A DNA stretch of 64,000 nt from Minisyncoccota bacterium. GTDB lineage: Bacteria; Patescibacteriota; Minisyncoccia; Phycocordibacterales; UBA12079. Shown one piece after another: positions 17,286-27,630 of the stretch. The position numbers and the translations under genes are program-made. Numbering within the stretch: the first letter of the stretch is position 1; each line of letters opens with the position of its first letter. The stretch lies in the NCBI GenBank assembly GCA_023140255.1, contig JAGLLX010000003.1:7485-71484 (forward strand), written 5' to 3'. The notes under the pieces are model-generated. The model saw only the letters and a list, made by a program, of their open reading frames with translations. It did no database searches and had not been told where the DNA came from.

Positions 17286-18324
17286 AAAATTAACAATTTG
17301 TTTTTTTGGAAGATATGATAATAAGTATTCTAGGAACCGTATTTTAATTAAAGGGTTATTAGAAAATGATGTAAATGTAATTGAATGTAGAACAGAATTA
17401 AAAGGAGTTATTAAATATTTTGATTTAATTAAAAAACATTGGAAGATTCGTAAGGAATACGATGTTTTATTTGTAGCTTTTCCGGGGTGGCATTCCGTTG
17501 TTTTAGCTAAGTTTTTAACAAGGAAACCTGTAATTTTTGATGCGTTTGTTTCTATTTATGACTCAACTGTTTTTGATAGAAAAAATACTAAAGAAGATTC
17601 ATTAAAAGCAAAATATTTTTGGTTTATAGATTGGATCTCTTGTAAATTGGCAGATAAAGTTATCTTAGACACTAATGAGCATATAAAATATTTTGTTCAA
17701 GAATTTGGAATTAAAAAAGAAAAATTTGAGAGAATATTTGTTGGGTCTTTTGCAGAAACTTTTTCATTTCCTAAAATAGAAAGAAAAAATAATAAATTTA
17801 TTGTAAGTTTTTATGGGTTTCTTATTCCCCTGCAAGGGGTTAGATACATAATAGATACAGCTAAACTTTTAGAAAAATATGATGATATCCAATTTAATCT
17901 CATTGGAACAAAAATAAAGAAAAGATACCAAAATGAGGTATTTTCTAATATTAATTTTATAGAAGATCGATCCTATAAAGATCTTTTAGGTTTATTAAAA
18001 CAGTCAAGTGTATGTTTGGGCATCTTTGGAGATACTGATAAAACACAAAGAGTAATTCCTAATAAAGTTTTTGATTGTGTTGCTTTAAAAAAGCCAGTAA
18101 TTACAGCTGACACTTTAGCTATTAAAGAGTTATTTGATGAAGATGATTTATATCTAATACCTCCTGTTAATTCTAAAAGATTAGCAAAAGCTATTTTAGA
18201 GTTGAGAAATGATTATGATTTAATGGAAAAAATAGCCCAAAATGGTTACAATAGATTTAATCAAAATACAAAGATACAAAGTTTAGGGGAACGATTAAAA
18301 GAAATATCATTAACCTTGTTATAA
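17275..18324 (+). CDS. Putative glycosyltransferase (GT-B-like)
   Basis: 349 aa. It sits in the GT operon with overlapping start and stop codons. There is weak GT-B-like patterning but no clear EX7E motif. Confidence 0.4.
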   Translation: MQNKKLTICFFGRYDNKYSRNRILIKGLLENDVNVIECRTELKGVIKYFDLIKKHWKIRKEYDVLFVAFPGWHSVVLAKFLTRKPVIFDAFVSIYDSTVFDRKNTKEDSLKAKYFWFIDWISCKLADKVILDTNEHIKYFVQEFGIKKEKFERIFVGSFAETFSFPKIERKNNKFIVSFYGFLIPLQGVRYIIDTAKLLEKYDDIQFNLIGTKIKKRYQNEVFSNINFIEDRSYKDLLGLLKQSSVCLGIFGDTDKTQRVIPNKVFDCVALKKPVITADTLAIKELFDEDDLYLIPPVNSKRLAKAILELRNDYDLMEKIAQNGYNRFNQNTKIQSLGERLKEISLTLL

Positions 18325-18326
18325 AA

Positions 18327-19472
18327 ATGAAATTAATTTATTTATCAAATTATAATATCCCAACTCAAAATGCGCTTGGTATTCAAATTACTCAAATGTG
18401 TGTCGCTTTCACTAAAGAAAAAATTGATGTTGAACTGATTGTTCCTAAACAAAAGAACAAGAACAAGAATTTATTCGAATATTATGGTATTGAGAAGTCT
18501 TTTAAAGTTAAAGAAATTTATAGACCTGATTTACTTAAGTTTGGTAAATTTGGTTTTTTAATTCAAACAATCTTTTTTTTATTGAGAGTAAAAATATATT
18601 TATATTCTCAAAAATACGATTATCTTTATACTAGAGAACAACTAACGGGGTTATTTTTTAAAGATTTTATTTATGAAGTCCATAACCTTTCTGATAAAAT
18701 AACTTTTTTCCATAAAGCATTGTTTAAAAAAGCTTTTAAAGTAATAGCTATAACTAATTTTATAAAAAAAGATTTAATTGAAAAAGGAGGGATTTCAATT
18801 GAAAAAATAGTAGTATCACCAGATGCTGTTGATTTAAATAAATTTAATTTGAATATAGCACAAGATCAAGCTAGAAATAAATTAGAATTACCTAAAAACA
18901 AAACTATTATTGGTTATATTGGAAAATATGTTACCTTTGGAAAAGGAAATAAAGGAGTAGATGATTTAGTAAAAGTATTTCCTGAAATTTTAAAATCTAA
19001 TCCGCAAGTTTTTTTGTTAATAGTTGGAGTTGGGGAAAAGAACATAATTAAAGTAGAAAAATTATTTAAAAATTCAGGAATTAATAATCGTAATTATAAG
19101 ATAATAGCTTATTTACCATATGGAGATGTGATTTATTCTTTGAGAGCATCTGATATTTTAATTATGAATTATTCTAGATTTCAATATCATACTTATTATA
19201 CTTCACCTATGAAAATGTTTGAATATATGGCTAGTGGTAGGCCTATTATTGCTTCAGATTTACCGTCAGTTAGAGAAATACTTGATGAAAATAATTGTCT
19301 ATTTATTAAGCCTGATAATATTAAATCTTTAGAGGATTGTATTAAAAAACTTTTGCAGGATAAAGATTTTTCTGATAAAATTTCTAAGCAGGCATATAAA
19401 GATGTGCAAAATTATACTTGGGATAAAAGAGTTAGACAAATATTAATTTTTTTAAAAAAATATGAAAAATAA
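18327..19472 (+). CDS. Glycosyltransferase family 1 (GT4)
   Basis: KMFEYMASGRPIIAS is an EX7E-type motif. Confidence 0.65.
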   Translation: MKLIYLSNYNIPTQNALGIQITQMCVAFTKEKIDVELIVPKQKNKNKNLFEYYGIEKSFKVKEIYRPDLLKFGKFGFLIQTIFFLLRVKIYLYSQKYDYLYTREQLTGLFFKDFIYEVHNLSDKITFFHKALFKKAFKVIAITNFIKKDLIEKGGISIEKIVVSPDAVDLNKFNLNIAQDQARNKLELPKNKTIIGYIGKYVTFGKGNKGVDDLVKVFPEILKSNPQVFLLIVGVGEKNIIKVEKLFKNSGINNRNYKIIAYLPYGDVIYSLRASDILIMNYSRFQYHTYYTSPMKMFEYMASGRPIIASDLPSVREILDENNCLFIKPDNIKSLEDCIKKLLQDKDFSDKISKQAYKDVQNYTWDKRVRQILIFLKKYEK

Positions 19473-20562
19473 AATGAAAATAAATTTTTTTGTTCCCCAT
19501 TTAGAAATATCAGGGGGTATTAGAGTTGCTTTAAATTATGCTCACTTTTTAGCAGAAAAAGGGCATGATGTTCAAGTTGTTTTTCAACATAAAAATTACA
19601 GAAAAAGGATTAAAAATATCTTAGAATTTAAAAGGGGAAGTATTAGAGAATTTTTTGATAACAAACCATATTGGTATAGACATTTAAAAGCTAATATAGC
19701 TTATAAACCTAAAATAAATAATGAAACTTTAGCTGATGCTGACATTTTAGTAGCTATGGATTATTCTAAGGTAAAATTATTTGATGTTCTTGATAGAAAA
19801 AAGGGTGTAAGATTTGAATTTATAATGCATGATGAAAGATTATATCATGGTGATAAAGAAGATATCAATAAAGTTTACAAAAGAGATGTAAATAAAATAT
19901 GTGTTTCAAGTTGGTTACAAGGAGTTATCAAGAAAGATTTTAATCAAGAAAGTGATGTTTTAATTAATCCCATAGATACTGAATTATTTTTTCAGGAAAA
20001 ATCTGATAAAAAGAAAGAAAATGATGAAATAATAATAACAATGATGCATCATAATTATGAATGGAAGGGGGTAGAAGATGGAGTCAAAATTTTCAATAAA
20101 GTCAAAAAAGAAACAGGAAAGAATTTGAAATTAGTATTATTTGGTTGTCGATTTAAAAAAATAGATATTCAATATGACGAATATTATTATGATTCAAAAC
20201 AGGAAGATATTCGGAAAATTTATTCAGATTCTGATATTTTTTTGTGTACTTCTGAATGGGAAGGGTTAGGATTACCCGCTATGGAAGCTATGTGTTGTAA
20301 AACTGCGGTAGTAACTTATGATACAGGGGGGTCTAGAGATTATGCTTTTGATAATGATACTGCTTTTGTGGCTCAGCATAGCGATTTAAGAGATTTAGAA
20401 AATAAATTAAAAGAAGCGGTTATTTATTCAGAAAAAAGAGATCAAATAGCTCAGAATGGTTATAAATTTATTACTCAAAAAATTGATACATGGGCTGAAA
20501 GTGTAGAAAAAATGGAGAAAATTTTTAATAATAAGTTGGCAAAACGATCAAATGAAAGCTAA
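19462..20562 (+). CDS. Glycosyltransferase family 1 (GT4)
   Basis: SEWEGLGLPAMEAM. Confidence 0.7.
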   Translation: MKNKMKINFFVPHLEISGGIRVALNYAHFLAEKGHDVQVVFQHKNYRKRIKNILEFKRGSIREFFDNKPYWYRHLKANIAYKPKINNETLADADILVAMDYSKVKLFDVLDRKKGVRFEFIMHDERLYHGDKEDINKVYKRDVNKICVSSWLQGVIKKDFNQESDVLINPIDTELFFQEKSDKKKENDEIIITMMHHNYEWKGVEDGVKIFNKVKKETGKNLKLVLFGCRFKKIDIQYDEYYYDSKQEDIRKIYSDSDIFLCTSEWEGLGLPAMEAMCCKTAVVTYDTGGSRDYAFDNDTAFVAQHSDLRDLENKLKEAVIYSEKRDQIAQNGYKFITQKIDTWAESVEKMEKIFNNKLAKRSNES

Positions 20563-21271
20563 AAATTTTGTACAAAGAATAAAAGAGAGAAATAGATATG
20601 CTACAAACAGAAGGGAACCTTTTTATGATTTAGCTGGTAAATATTTACCTAAAGATAAAGATAAAATAGTTATAGACATAGGAAGTGGTTATGGATTTTT
20701 TGCTGATTATTTAAAATTAAGAGATAAATTTAAAAACACTGTTCTTTTAGATGCTGATCCTGAAGTTGTTGGTAAAATAAAAAATTCAATTAATTATAAA
20801 GCTCCTGATAAATTGCCTTTTGAAAATAATTCGGTGGCTTATATTCATTGTAGTCATTTAATAGAACATTTAGAAACTAAAGATTTTTTTATTTTATTAA
20901 GAGAAATGGATAGAGTCTTGGCTCAAGACGGAGTTTTGATTTTAAGTGCGCCTTTGTTAGATTATATGTTTTATGAGGGGTTAGCTCATATTAGACCTTA
21001 TGGGCCAGAAGGAATTATACATTATATGTGTAAAAAAGATGAAAAAGAAAAGAAAAAAACCATAGCTGGAGCTGATGGAGGTTTTGTTTCTGATAAATAT
21101 GTTGTTGAAGATTTAGTTTATAGATATGTTAAAAATTTAGGTGATTCAGAATTAGGGTCAAGGTTCTTAATAATTAGTATAGGGGTGGCTATTATTAAAA
21201 AAATATTTTCTAAATTAGGATTTTATAAATATAGTAAAAATGGGTTTACTTTGATTTTAAGAAAACAATGA
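20552..21271 (+). CDS. Class I SAM-dependent methyltransferase
   Basis: SAM-binding motif I, VIDIGSGYGFFADYL. It overlaps its operon neighbours. Confidence 0.6.
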   Translation: MKAKNFVQRIKERNRYATNRREPFYDLAGKYLPKDKDKIVIDIGSGYGFFADYLKLRDKFKNTVLLDADPEVVGKIKNSINYKAPDKLPFENNSVAYIHCSHLIEHLETKDFFILLREMDRVLAQDGVLILSAPLLDYMFYEGLAHIRPYGPEGIIHYMCKKDEKEKKKTIAGADGGFVSDKYVVEDLVYRYVKNLGDSELGSRFLIISIGVAIIKKIFSKLGFYKYSKNGFTLILRKQ

Positions 21272-22188
21272 TTGAAAATTCCAAAATTAGTGTAATTATT
21301 GTAACTTATAATAGACCTGAGTCTGTAAAAGAAGCAATTCAAAGTGTTTTAGATCAAACATTTAAAGATTTTGAATTAATTATTATAGATAATGGAGTTA
21401 AAATTCCTGCTAAAAAAATAGTAGAAAGTTTTAGGGATTCTAGAATTAAATATATTCAAAATAATAAAAATACTGATTGTGCTGGAGGTAAAAATATTGG
21501 AATGAAAAATATGAGAGGAGAGTTTGTGGCTTTTCTAGATGATGATGATGTTTGGCTTCCTGATAAACTGGAATTACAAGTCCAAGCTTTTGAAAAAAAT
21601 CCAGAAGCAGGTTTTTGTTTTACTGCAGTTACTCAAATTTTTGATCACGGAATAATAGATTCAATTATTCCTGAAGGAGTTGGTGATTATTATGAAAGAA
21701 CTCTAAGTAATTTTAGTGGTTTTCTGTCTGTAACTCTAATGATAAGAAAAGAAGTTATAGATGATATTGGTTTTATGGATGAAGCTTTTCCCAGTCACAC
21801 TGATATTGAATGGATTATTAGAATAGCGAAGAAATATAAAGGGATAGGAGTTAATAAACCTTTAGTTAAAGTCATGTCATTGGGGAGCCATAATCAAATG
21901 GGGAGTAGTATGGATAGGAAAATAACAGGAAGGGAGATGATTTTAAATAAATATAAAGAAGAATTTGAAAAAAGACCTGAGGTTTTAGCTAAACACTTAT
22001 TAATGTTAGCGAAATTTTATCGGAATAATGGACAATATAAAAAAGCAAAAGAAATTTTTAATAAAGTAAATAAACTAGATTTTAAAATATCTGTTTTTGC
22101 TTACTATTTAAGTATGTATTTTGGAGGATTAGGATATAAATTTTTTAGAATTTTGAAAGGAAAATCATTTCCAAAAACTAAGAAATAA
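21268..22188 (+). CDS. Glycosyltransferase family 2 (GT-A)
   Basis: ISVIIVTYNRPE...DQTFKDFELIIIDNG...FLDDDD. Confidence 0.7.
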   Translation: MIENSKISVIIVTYNRPESVKEAIQSVLDQTFKDFELIIIDNGVKIPAKKIVESFRDSRIKYIQNNKNTDCAGGKNIGMKNMRGEFVAFLDDDDVWLPDKLELQVQAFEKNPEAGFCFTAVTQIFDHGIIDSIIPEGVGDYYERTLSNFSGFLSVTLMIRKEVIDDIGFMDEAFPSHTDIEWIIRIAKKYKGIGVNKPLVKVMSLGSHNQMGSSMDRKITGREMILNKYKEEFEKRPEVLAKHLLMLAKFYRNNGQYKKAKEIFNKVNKLDFKISVFAYYLSMYFGGLGYKFFRILKGKSFPKTKK

Positions 22189-22189
22189 A

Positions 22190-23236
22190 TTATCTAGATT
22201 TTTTTAATAAACATTTAAAAAAGAAACGAGTTAAAATTTTCCAATTTTCTATATCAGAATAATCTAATTTTTTTCTTAAGTTTGACTCCCAAAATCTTTT
22301 CCATATTTTAAAATCATAATCTGAGTTTACACTACAAATATTAAACCAACGGTTTGCTAGGATCATTGAAAATTGTGGTTCTTTGCTATATTTAATTTTG
22401 TTATTTTGCTTAATTAATTTAAAAAGCCATTGTTCAGTTTTATTCAAAAATTCTGTTATTTCGTACTGTTTGGGTTTATATGTATTACAATGAATTATTT
22501 TTTCTTCATCTGTTGGAATAATTTTTAGATTTTTTAATTGCTTTATTCTAGTTTTATTTGAGTTTTGGGTTTGTATTTTTGTATATAGATGGCTTTCATT
22601 TTCTTTGTGTATTCTATATAAAATCAAGATTTTCTTTATATTTGTAATAGGAGAATACAACATTAATCTTGCCCATAAATCATAATCTTGAGAATGAGTT
22701 AATTCTTCGTTATATTTTAAATCATATTTATCTAATATATTTTTTCTCATCATAACAGAAGGATGAATTAAAATATTTTTAAATATAGAAAGAGCTTTTA
22801 TTTTTTCAAAATTTGAATATGTTTTTATATATTTTTTATTACTTTCTCCTATTACTTTTGCCCAGGTTCCCACAACTCCTATTTTTGGATTTTTATTCAT
22901 AAGATTTACCTGGATTTGAAATCTCTTTGGTAAACTGATATCATCATCATCCATTCTAGCAACATATTCTCCTTGAGCTAAAATTAATCCTTTGTTTAAA
23001 GATTTTGTAAGTCCTATATTTTCTTCATTTTCAACTAATTTAATTCTAGGATCATTAAAAGAATTGATTATGTTTTTACTTTCGTCAGTAGAAGCATCAT
23101 TAATAATTAAAAATTCAAAATCAGTAAAAGTTTGATTAAGAATACTTTTAATTGACTCTTCCAGATATTTTTCGCCATTATACACTGGCATTAAAACTGT
23201 TATTTTCGGTTTTTTGTTTTTTACATTTTTATCCAT
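22190..23236 (-). CDS. Glycosyltransferase family 2 (GT-A)
   Basis: KITVLMPVYNGEKYLEESIKSILNQTFTDFEFLIINDASTDES...ARMDDDD. Confidence 0.75.
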   Translation of the reverse strand: MDKNVKNKKPKITVLMPVYNGEKYLEESIKSILNQTFTDFEFLIINDASTDESKNIINSFNDPRIKLVENEENIGLTKSLNKGLILAQGEYVARMDDDDISLPKRFQIQVNLMNKNPKIGVVGTWAKVIGESNKKYIKTYSNFEKIKALSIFKNILIHPSVMMRKNILDKYDLKYNEELTHSQDYDLWARLMLYSPITNIKKILILYRIHKENESHLYTKIQTQNSNKTRIKQLKNLKIIPTDEEKIIHCNTYKPKQYEITEFLNKTEQWLFKLIKQNNKIKYSKEPQFSMILANRWFNICSVNSDYDFKIWKRFWESNLRKKLDYSDIENWKILTRFFFKCLLKKSR

Positions 23237-24081
23237 GATTTTGGAATTAAACCTTTTGTATTTTTCGTACTATTATTAAGCCATTTTTTAGGAGTAATTA
23301 TAATTTTATTTGGATTTTTATTTAACCATGCTCCCCACCAACTAAAAGAGCTGTTAGCAATGATATTATGCTTACATAAACTCATCAAGATTAAATCTTC
23401 ATAATCTTTGTTGTTACTAATAAATGTAGTAGGAAAGTTAGTTTTTAAATTATTTTTACTCCAGCTTATATCATCAGAAAAAATGAAGATTTTTATGTTT
23501 TTGTTTGTTAGCGCTATTTTATCAATAGCTTTTTTATAATATTCTAAGTTACAAATTTCATATTTGTGAGACTTAATAAGATAATCAGTTCTTCTTATGT
23601 GTAAAGATACAGAATTTGAGTTTTTTATTTCCTCTTCTAATTTAGTGTTTTTAACTTGGGATTCATTATTTAATGTGAATTCATCATAAAGGATATTTTT
23701 GATATCTTTAAAATATTTTTCGTTCTGCCAATATCCATCTAAATAAATATTACTAGAGGTATTTATACTTTTCTCATTAAAATTAAATTGTTCTTCTTTA
23801 ATATAAATAGCTTTATTTGCAAAAAATAAGTTATGAATAAAATTCTTTATTCCTTTTTCCCATTTATATTTTTTTAATTTATTAATTTCATCATCTTTTG
23901 CAATATTTTTAATTATATTAAAACAATTTAAAGAATAATTTCTTTGTAATCCATTTTGTTTTTTGTTATAAAAAGATAAATCAAGTTTTAAGGTAGTTTT
24001 GTTTTTTTCGACTAAAAATCTACCAACTGCATATTGGAACATTTGATTTCCTAATCCTCCTTGTAGCTTAGTTATTATCAT
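23221..24081 (-). CDS. Alpha-1,2-fucosyltransferase (GT11)
   Basis: The N-terminal LQGGLGNQMFQYA motif is characteristic of GT11. Confidence 0.7.
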   Translation of the reverse strand: MIITKLQGGLGNQMFQYAVGRFLVEKNKTTLKLDLSFYNKKQNGLQRNYSLNCFNIIKNIAKDDEINKLKKYKWEKGIKNFIHNLFFANKAIYIKEEQFNFNEKSINTSSNIYLDGYWQNEKYFKDIKNILYDEFTLNNESQVKNTKLEEEIKNSNSVSLHIRRTDYLIKSHKYEICNLEYYKKAIDKIALTNKNIKIFIFSDDISWSKNNLKTNFPTTFISNNKDYEDLILMSLCKHNIIANSSFSWWGAWLNKNPNKIIITPKKWLNNSTKNTKGLIPKSWIKM

Positions 24082-24086
24082 AACCT

Positions 24087-24839
24087 TTATTTATCAATAT
24101 CTTGATGTGTTTTAAATCCATAATATTCGTTAAATATTTTATTTGTGATTTTATATTGATGAGCTAATACTGATAGTATCGCCTGATCTTGACGATGATT
24201 TGTTCTGTTGCTCCCAGTAGGGGCAATACATTCTTTCCACTTATTGATAACTTTTCTTGCAGTATTATTTTTATAGTTTACAGCGATACAAGCTCCGTTT
24301 AAATTATTCTTATTTAATATCTTTTTTACGGTTTTTAGGAAACTTAGGGATCTTGGGTGAGTCCATTCATATATTTTTCCTTTAGAATAGGGAGAATAAA
24401 ATCCTTTAAAATTCATTAATTTTTTTATTGTTGTTAATGGAGAAATAAGAACATTACCAGCATCCATCCAACAAATACTGCACTTAAATTCATTTAATAC
24501 ATTTGCAATTATAACAGGTTTCCATGCATATTCTCCAGCGTTTATATTGATATTAAAATATTTTGGATATTTTGAATAATTAAATTTTCTTATCTCTATT
24601 GTTTTGAATTTATTTTTTAATTCATTTAATTCCAATTGAGTTAACCCTAAATTAAAAACAAGTGTTTTTGTAGTAGATTCATATAAATAAATACTTGATA
24701 ATAATTGCTTAAGGCTTTTATAATGAGAACTATCTGCTCCCGTGACAATTATAAAATCTTTTTTAGGAATAGGAGAAACAAAAATAAATATAATTATCTC
24801 GTATAACGATTTAACTTTTTTAAAGAGAAGTTGTATCAT
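24087..24839 (-). CDS. Hypothetical protein in the glycan locus (possible GT-A-fold transferase)
   Basis: Operon context only. IIVTGADSSHY shows a weak nucleotide-sugar-transferase-like pattern. Confidence 0.3.
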   Translation of the reverse strand: MIQLLFKKVKSLYEIIIFIFVSPIPKKDFIIVTGADSSHYKSLKQLLSSIYLYESTTKTLVFNLGLTQLELNELKNKFKTIEIRKFNYSKYPKYFNININAGEYAWKPVIIANVLNEFKCSICWMDAGNVLISPLTTIKKLMNFKGFYSPYSKGKIYEWTHPRSLSFLKTVKKILNKNNLNGACIAVNYKNNTARKVINKWKECIAPTGSNRTNHRQDQAILSVLAHQYKITNKIFNEYYGFKTHQDIDK

Positions 24840-24858
24840 TGTAACAGTTTTTTAAAAG

Positions 24859-26640
24859 TTATTTATTTTTAAATATATTATTGTGTCCAATCGTTCCTAA
24901 AAACAAAAGTTCTTTCATCGCATAATTTTTTACGATGTCACTTGGCCCTGGGTGTCCAGCTGAAGAAAAAAAAGGAGGTATATAAGAAGTTCCTAGAGAT
25001 GAATCATCAAAAACAATTAATCCATTTGATGTTAAATATTCTTTACAAAGTTTATAATCAGCTAAAACTACATCGTAATCATGATTCCCATCTATATAAA
25101 TTAAATCCCACTTTTTTGATTTAATAAATTTCACAGCTTTATCGTCTGTAGATAAAGCTTTGATCAAATTTGCTTTTGGCAAGTTAAAATGTTTAAAAGA
25201 ATCTTGTGTATCGTTCAAGTAATTAACATCTTTAGGATATGAGCTAACTGAATCACCAATGGGTTTAAAAGGAGAGATTCCATTAATTTGGCAATTAAAT
25301 TGAAGTTTTTTTGCTATCAAACTCCATAAAGATATAGTTTGCCCTCTATATACTCCTATTTCTAGACAATTTTTTGGTTTGAACTCTTTTAACAACAGCC
25401 ACCACATTGAATGAAAAGCATTTTCACCAAAACCTCTTTTTTCTTGACTGAAATAAAGACGGTGTTTTTTTATTTCTTTTGGTAAAAAATGATGAAAATA
25501 ATAATGCATATAACTATAGGTTTTATTTGGATGTTTAAAATATTTTAAAGCATTTGTAAAATTTATATCAACATTAAAAGTTTTATTGAATTTTATAAAA
25601 GGATAAAATCTTTGTTTCTCTCTTCGAATATTTCTATGTTTCTTTATTTTTAGTAGTATCTTATTTGTAAATTTATTTTCTTTAAGTCTATTCTTTAAAT
25701 AATTTTTAGCTTTAATTAAGATTAGTTTTATATCATTTTGTTGTATTTTGTTTAAGCTTTCTTTCTGGTTAGTTGTTTTTAATTTAGTTGTTTCTTTTGT
25801 TGATGTGTTAATAATTTTGTAAATAATTAAATCCTTTTTTTGTTCTACTATTTTTTCTAAACTTTTTTTATTCCATTTCTTAATATTATTAATATTTCTT
25901 CTAATTATCTTTCTCATTTCTGGTTGTATCGTTGTTCTTGTTCCTCCCCATTCTAAATTTGAGTAGAATTTTATAGCAAAAACACCATTTTGATAACCTG
26001 CTTCATAACATCGTATTGCATATTCTAAGTCATCGTGTCCATAAGGAGCTAATTTTTCTTCTAGAATACCGACTTCTTTAATAAGATAGAATGGTAAACA
26101 AATAGGGCTTTTTATAGCAATATCTCTGTATGAAAAATGGTTAGGTTTGAAAGTTTTAGCATAAGGTAATTCGTGTCCGTAAATATTTTCTAAATAATCT
26201 TGCTGAGGAACTAATTCATTAGATTCTATAATATTGGTAGCAAAATTAGCTCCTAATCTAAGAGAAACGCAGCCAAGTTTTTTATCACCCCATTGGTATA
26301 ACTTAGTTATTTTTTCTTCTAATTTAAAGTCAGCTAAAATTACATCATCTTGTAAGATGATGTTAAATCCTTCACCAGATTGATTTGCTGATTTTAGCCC
26401 AGCATTTATAGAAAGTAATTCATGTACGTCTGATGTATAAATTTTATTTATAGGAATGTTGGAATATTTTTCTATTATTGAATCAATAATTTTTTCTGTG
26501 TTATCTGTACATCCATCAAGTATTGGGTATATAAAACTATTATCCCTACAACATACCAAAACAGAAGTGAGGACTTTTTCAATTAAATCCTCTTTATTGT
26601 GAATTGTTATAATATAATTAAATCTTGGTGAGTTTTTCAT
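24859..26640 (-). CDS. Bifunctional GT2-like glycosyltransferase / class I SAM O-methyltransferase (TylF/MycF-like)
   Basis: N-terminal YIITIHNKEDLIEKVLTSVL...DGCTDNT (GT-A). C-terminal LIYIDGNHDYDVVLADYKLCKEYLTSNGLIVFDD (macrocin-OMT-like SAM MTase). Confidence 0.55.
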   Translation of the reverse strand: MKNSPRFNYIITIHNKEDLIEKVLTSVLVCCRDNSFIYPILDGCTDNTEKIIDSIIEKYSNIPINKIYTSDVHELLSINAGLKSANQSGEGFNIILQDDVILADFKLEEKITKLYQWGDKKLGCVSLRLGANFATNIIESNELVPQQDYLENIYGHELPYAKTFKPNHFSYRDIAIKSPICLPFYLIKEVGILEEKLAPYGHDDLEYAIRCYEAGYQNGVFAIKFYSNLEWGGTRTTIQPEMRKIIRRNINNIKKWNKKSLEKIVEQKKDLIIYKIINTSTKETTKLKTTNQKESLNKIQQNDIKLILIKAKNYLKNRLKENKFTNKILLKIKKHRNIRREKQRFYPFIKFNKTFNVDINFTNALKYFKHPNKTYSYMHYYFHHFLPKEIKKHRLYFSQEKRGFGENAFHSMWWLLLKEFKPKNCLEIGVYRGQTISLWSLIAKKLQFNCQINGISPFKPIGDSVSSYPKDVNYLNDTQDSFKHFNLPKANLIKALSTDDKAVKFIKSKKWDLIYIDGNHDYDVVLADYKLCKEYLTSNGLIVFDDSSLGTSYIPPFFSSAGHPGPSDIVKNYAMKELLFLGTIGHNNIFKNK

Positions 26641-27620
26641 AAATTATTTATATTATTTAAATCTTTAACCCAAGCTCTACATAAAGTTAATTCTTCTGGT
26701 TGTATAAAATTATTTTTTTCAAGTTCTTTATATATTTTTTCTAAATTTTTTAGATAATTTTTTCCTAAATTTAAATTATCTATTATTTTTATAATTGGTT
26801 CTGTATTTAAATAAACTTCTATTTCATCTCTAAAATCTTTCATAAAATCATGAACGTTTCTTTCTTGGTAGACGGTAGATTTAGTAAAACCAAGGTGATG
26901 ATCAGTTTGGCGTAAAAGTCTTTGAGCGATATACCCTCGCAGGATATCTGTAAATCTAAAACTTACTGTAGAAGGGAGATATAAAAAAGGAAAAAATTCT
27001 TTGTTCCAAACGGTATTTTGTGAATTAATGGGACAATAAGTTTTTTTGTCTAAAACTATTGGAGATTTTTTGTTAAAAATAATTTGTTTTTCTTTTGTTA
27101 AACGGAAAATAGCATCTACATCTGGTTCGATATCTGCTAAACCTTGCCAAATACCTATTTTTGTTTTAGTAGTTCGTTTAATGGATATTTTCTGTTTCTT
27201 GTTAATTTCACTTAAGGGATAGCCTCGTGGCCAAACTTTTTCTTTTGTAAAATACTTATAAATATTTAAAAACTTTTTATTACAAGTGATGTAATTTTTT
27301 GTTTCAAATTTAGGGAAACTCCAATCTTTGTAAGGAATGTTATCATCATCAGTGTCATATATTATATCGGCTCCCATTTTTATAGCATAAAGGTAACCAA
27401 TGTTTTTTCTTGAATAATGATTATAAGGAAGATTTTTATTTATTTCAAAATTTAACTTTTTTTGATCTTTAATAGATAGAAATGTAATATTTTTTCTGGT
27501 TTTAATTGGTTTACTTTTTTTATCACCAACTAAAATAATGTGCCAATCTTTAAATTCAGAGAATTTCTTAATTCCTTTTGTTTCTTTGTTTATTGTTGTA
27601 ATTATTATAAATTTCTTCAT
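26637..27620 (-). CDS. Hypothetical DxD-containing protein (possible glycosyltransferase)
   Basis: IIYDTDDDNIP; operon context. There is no confident family assignment. Confidence 0.3.
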   Translation of the reverse strand: MKKFIIITTINKETKGIKKFSEFKDWHIILVGDKKSKPIKTRKNITFLSIKDQKKLNFEINKNLPYNHYSRKNIGYLYAIKMGADIIYDTDDDNIPYKDWSFPKFETKNYITCNKKFLNIYKYFTKEKVWPRGYPLSEINKKQKISIKRTTKTKIGIWQGLADIEPDVDAIFRLTKEKQIIFNKKSPIVLDKKTYCPINSQNTVWNKEFFPFLYLPSTVSFRFTDILRGYIAQRLLRQTDHHLGFTKSTVYQERNVHDFMKDFRDEIEVYLNTEPIIKIIDNLNLGKNYLKNLEKIYKELEKNNFIQPEELTLCRAWVKDLNNINNL

Positions 27621-27630
27621 TTTTTATTTA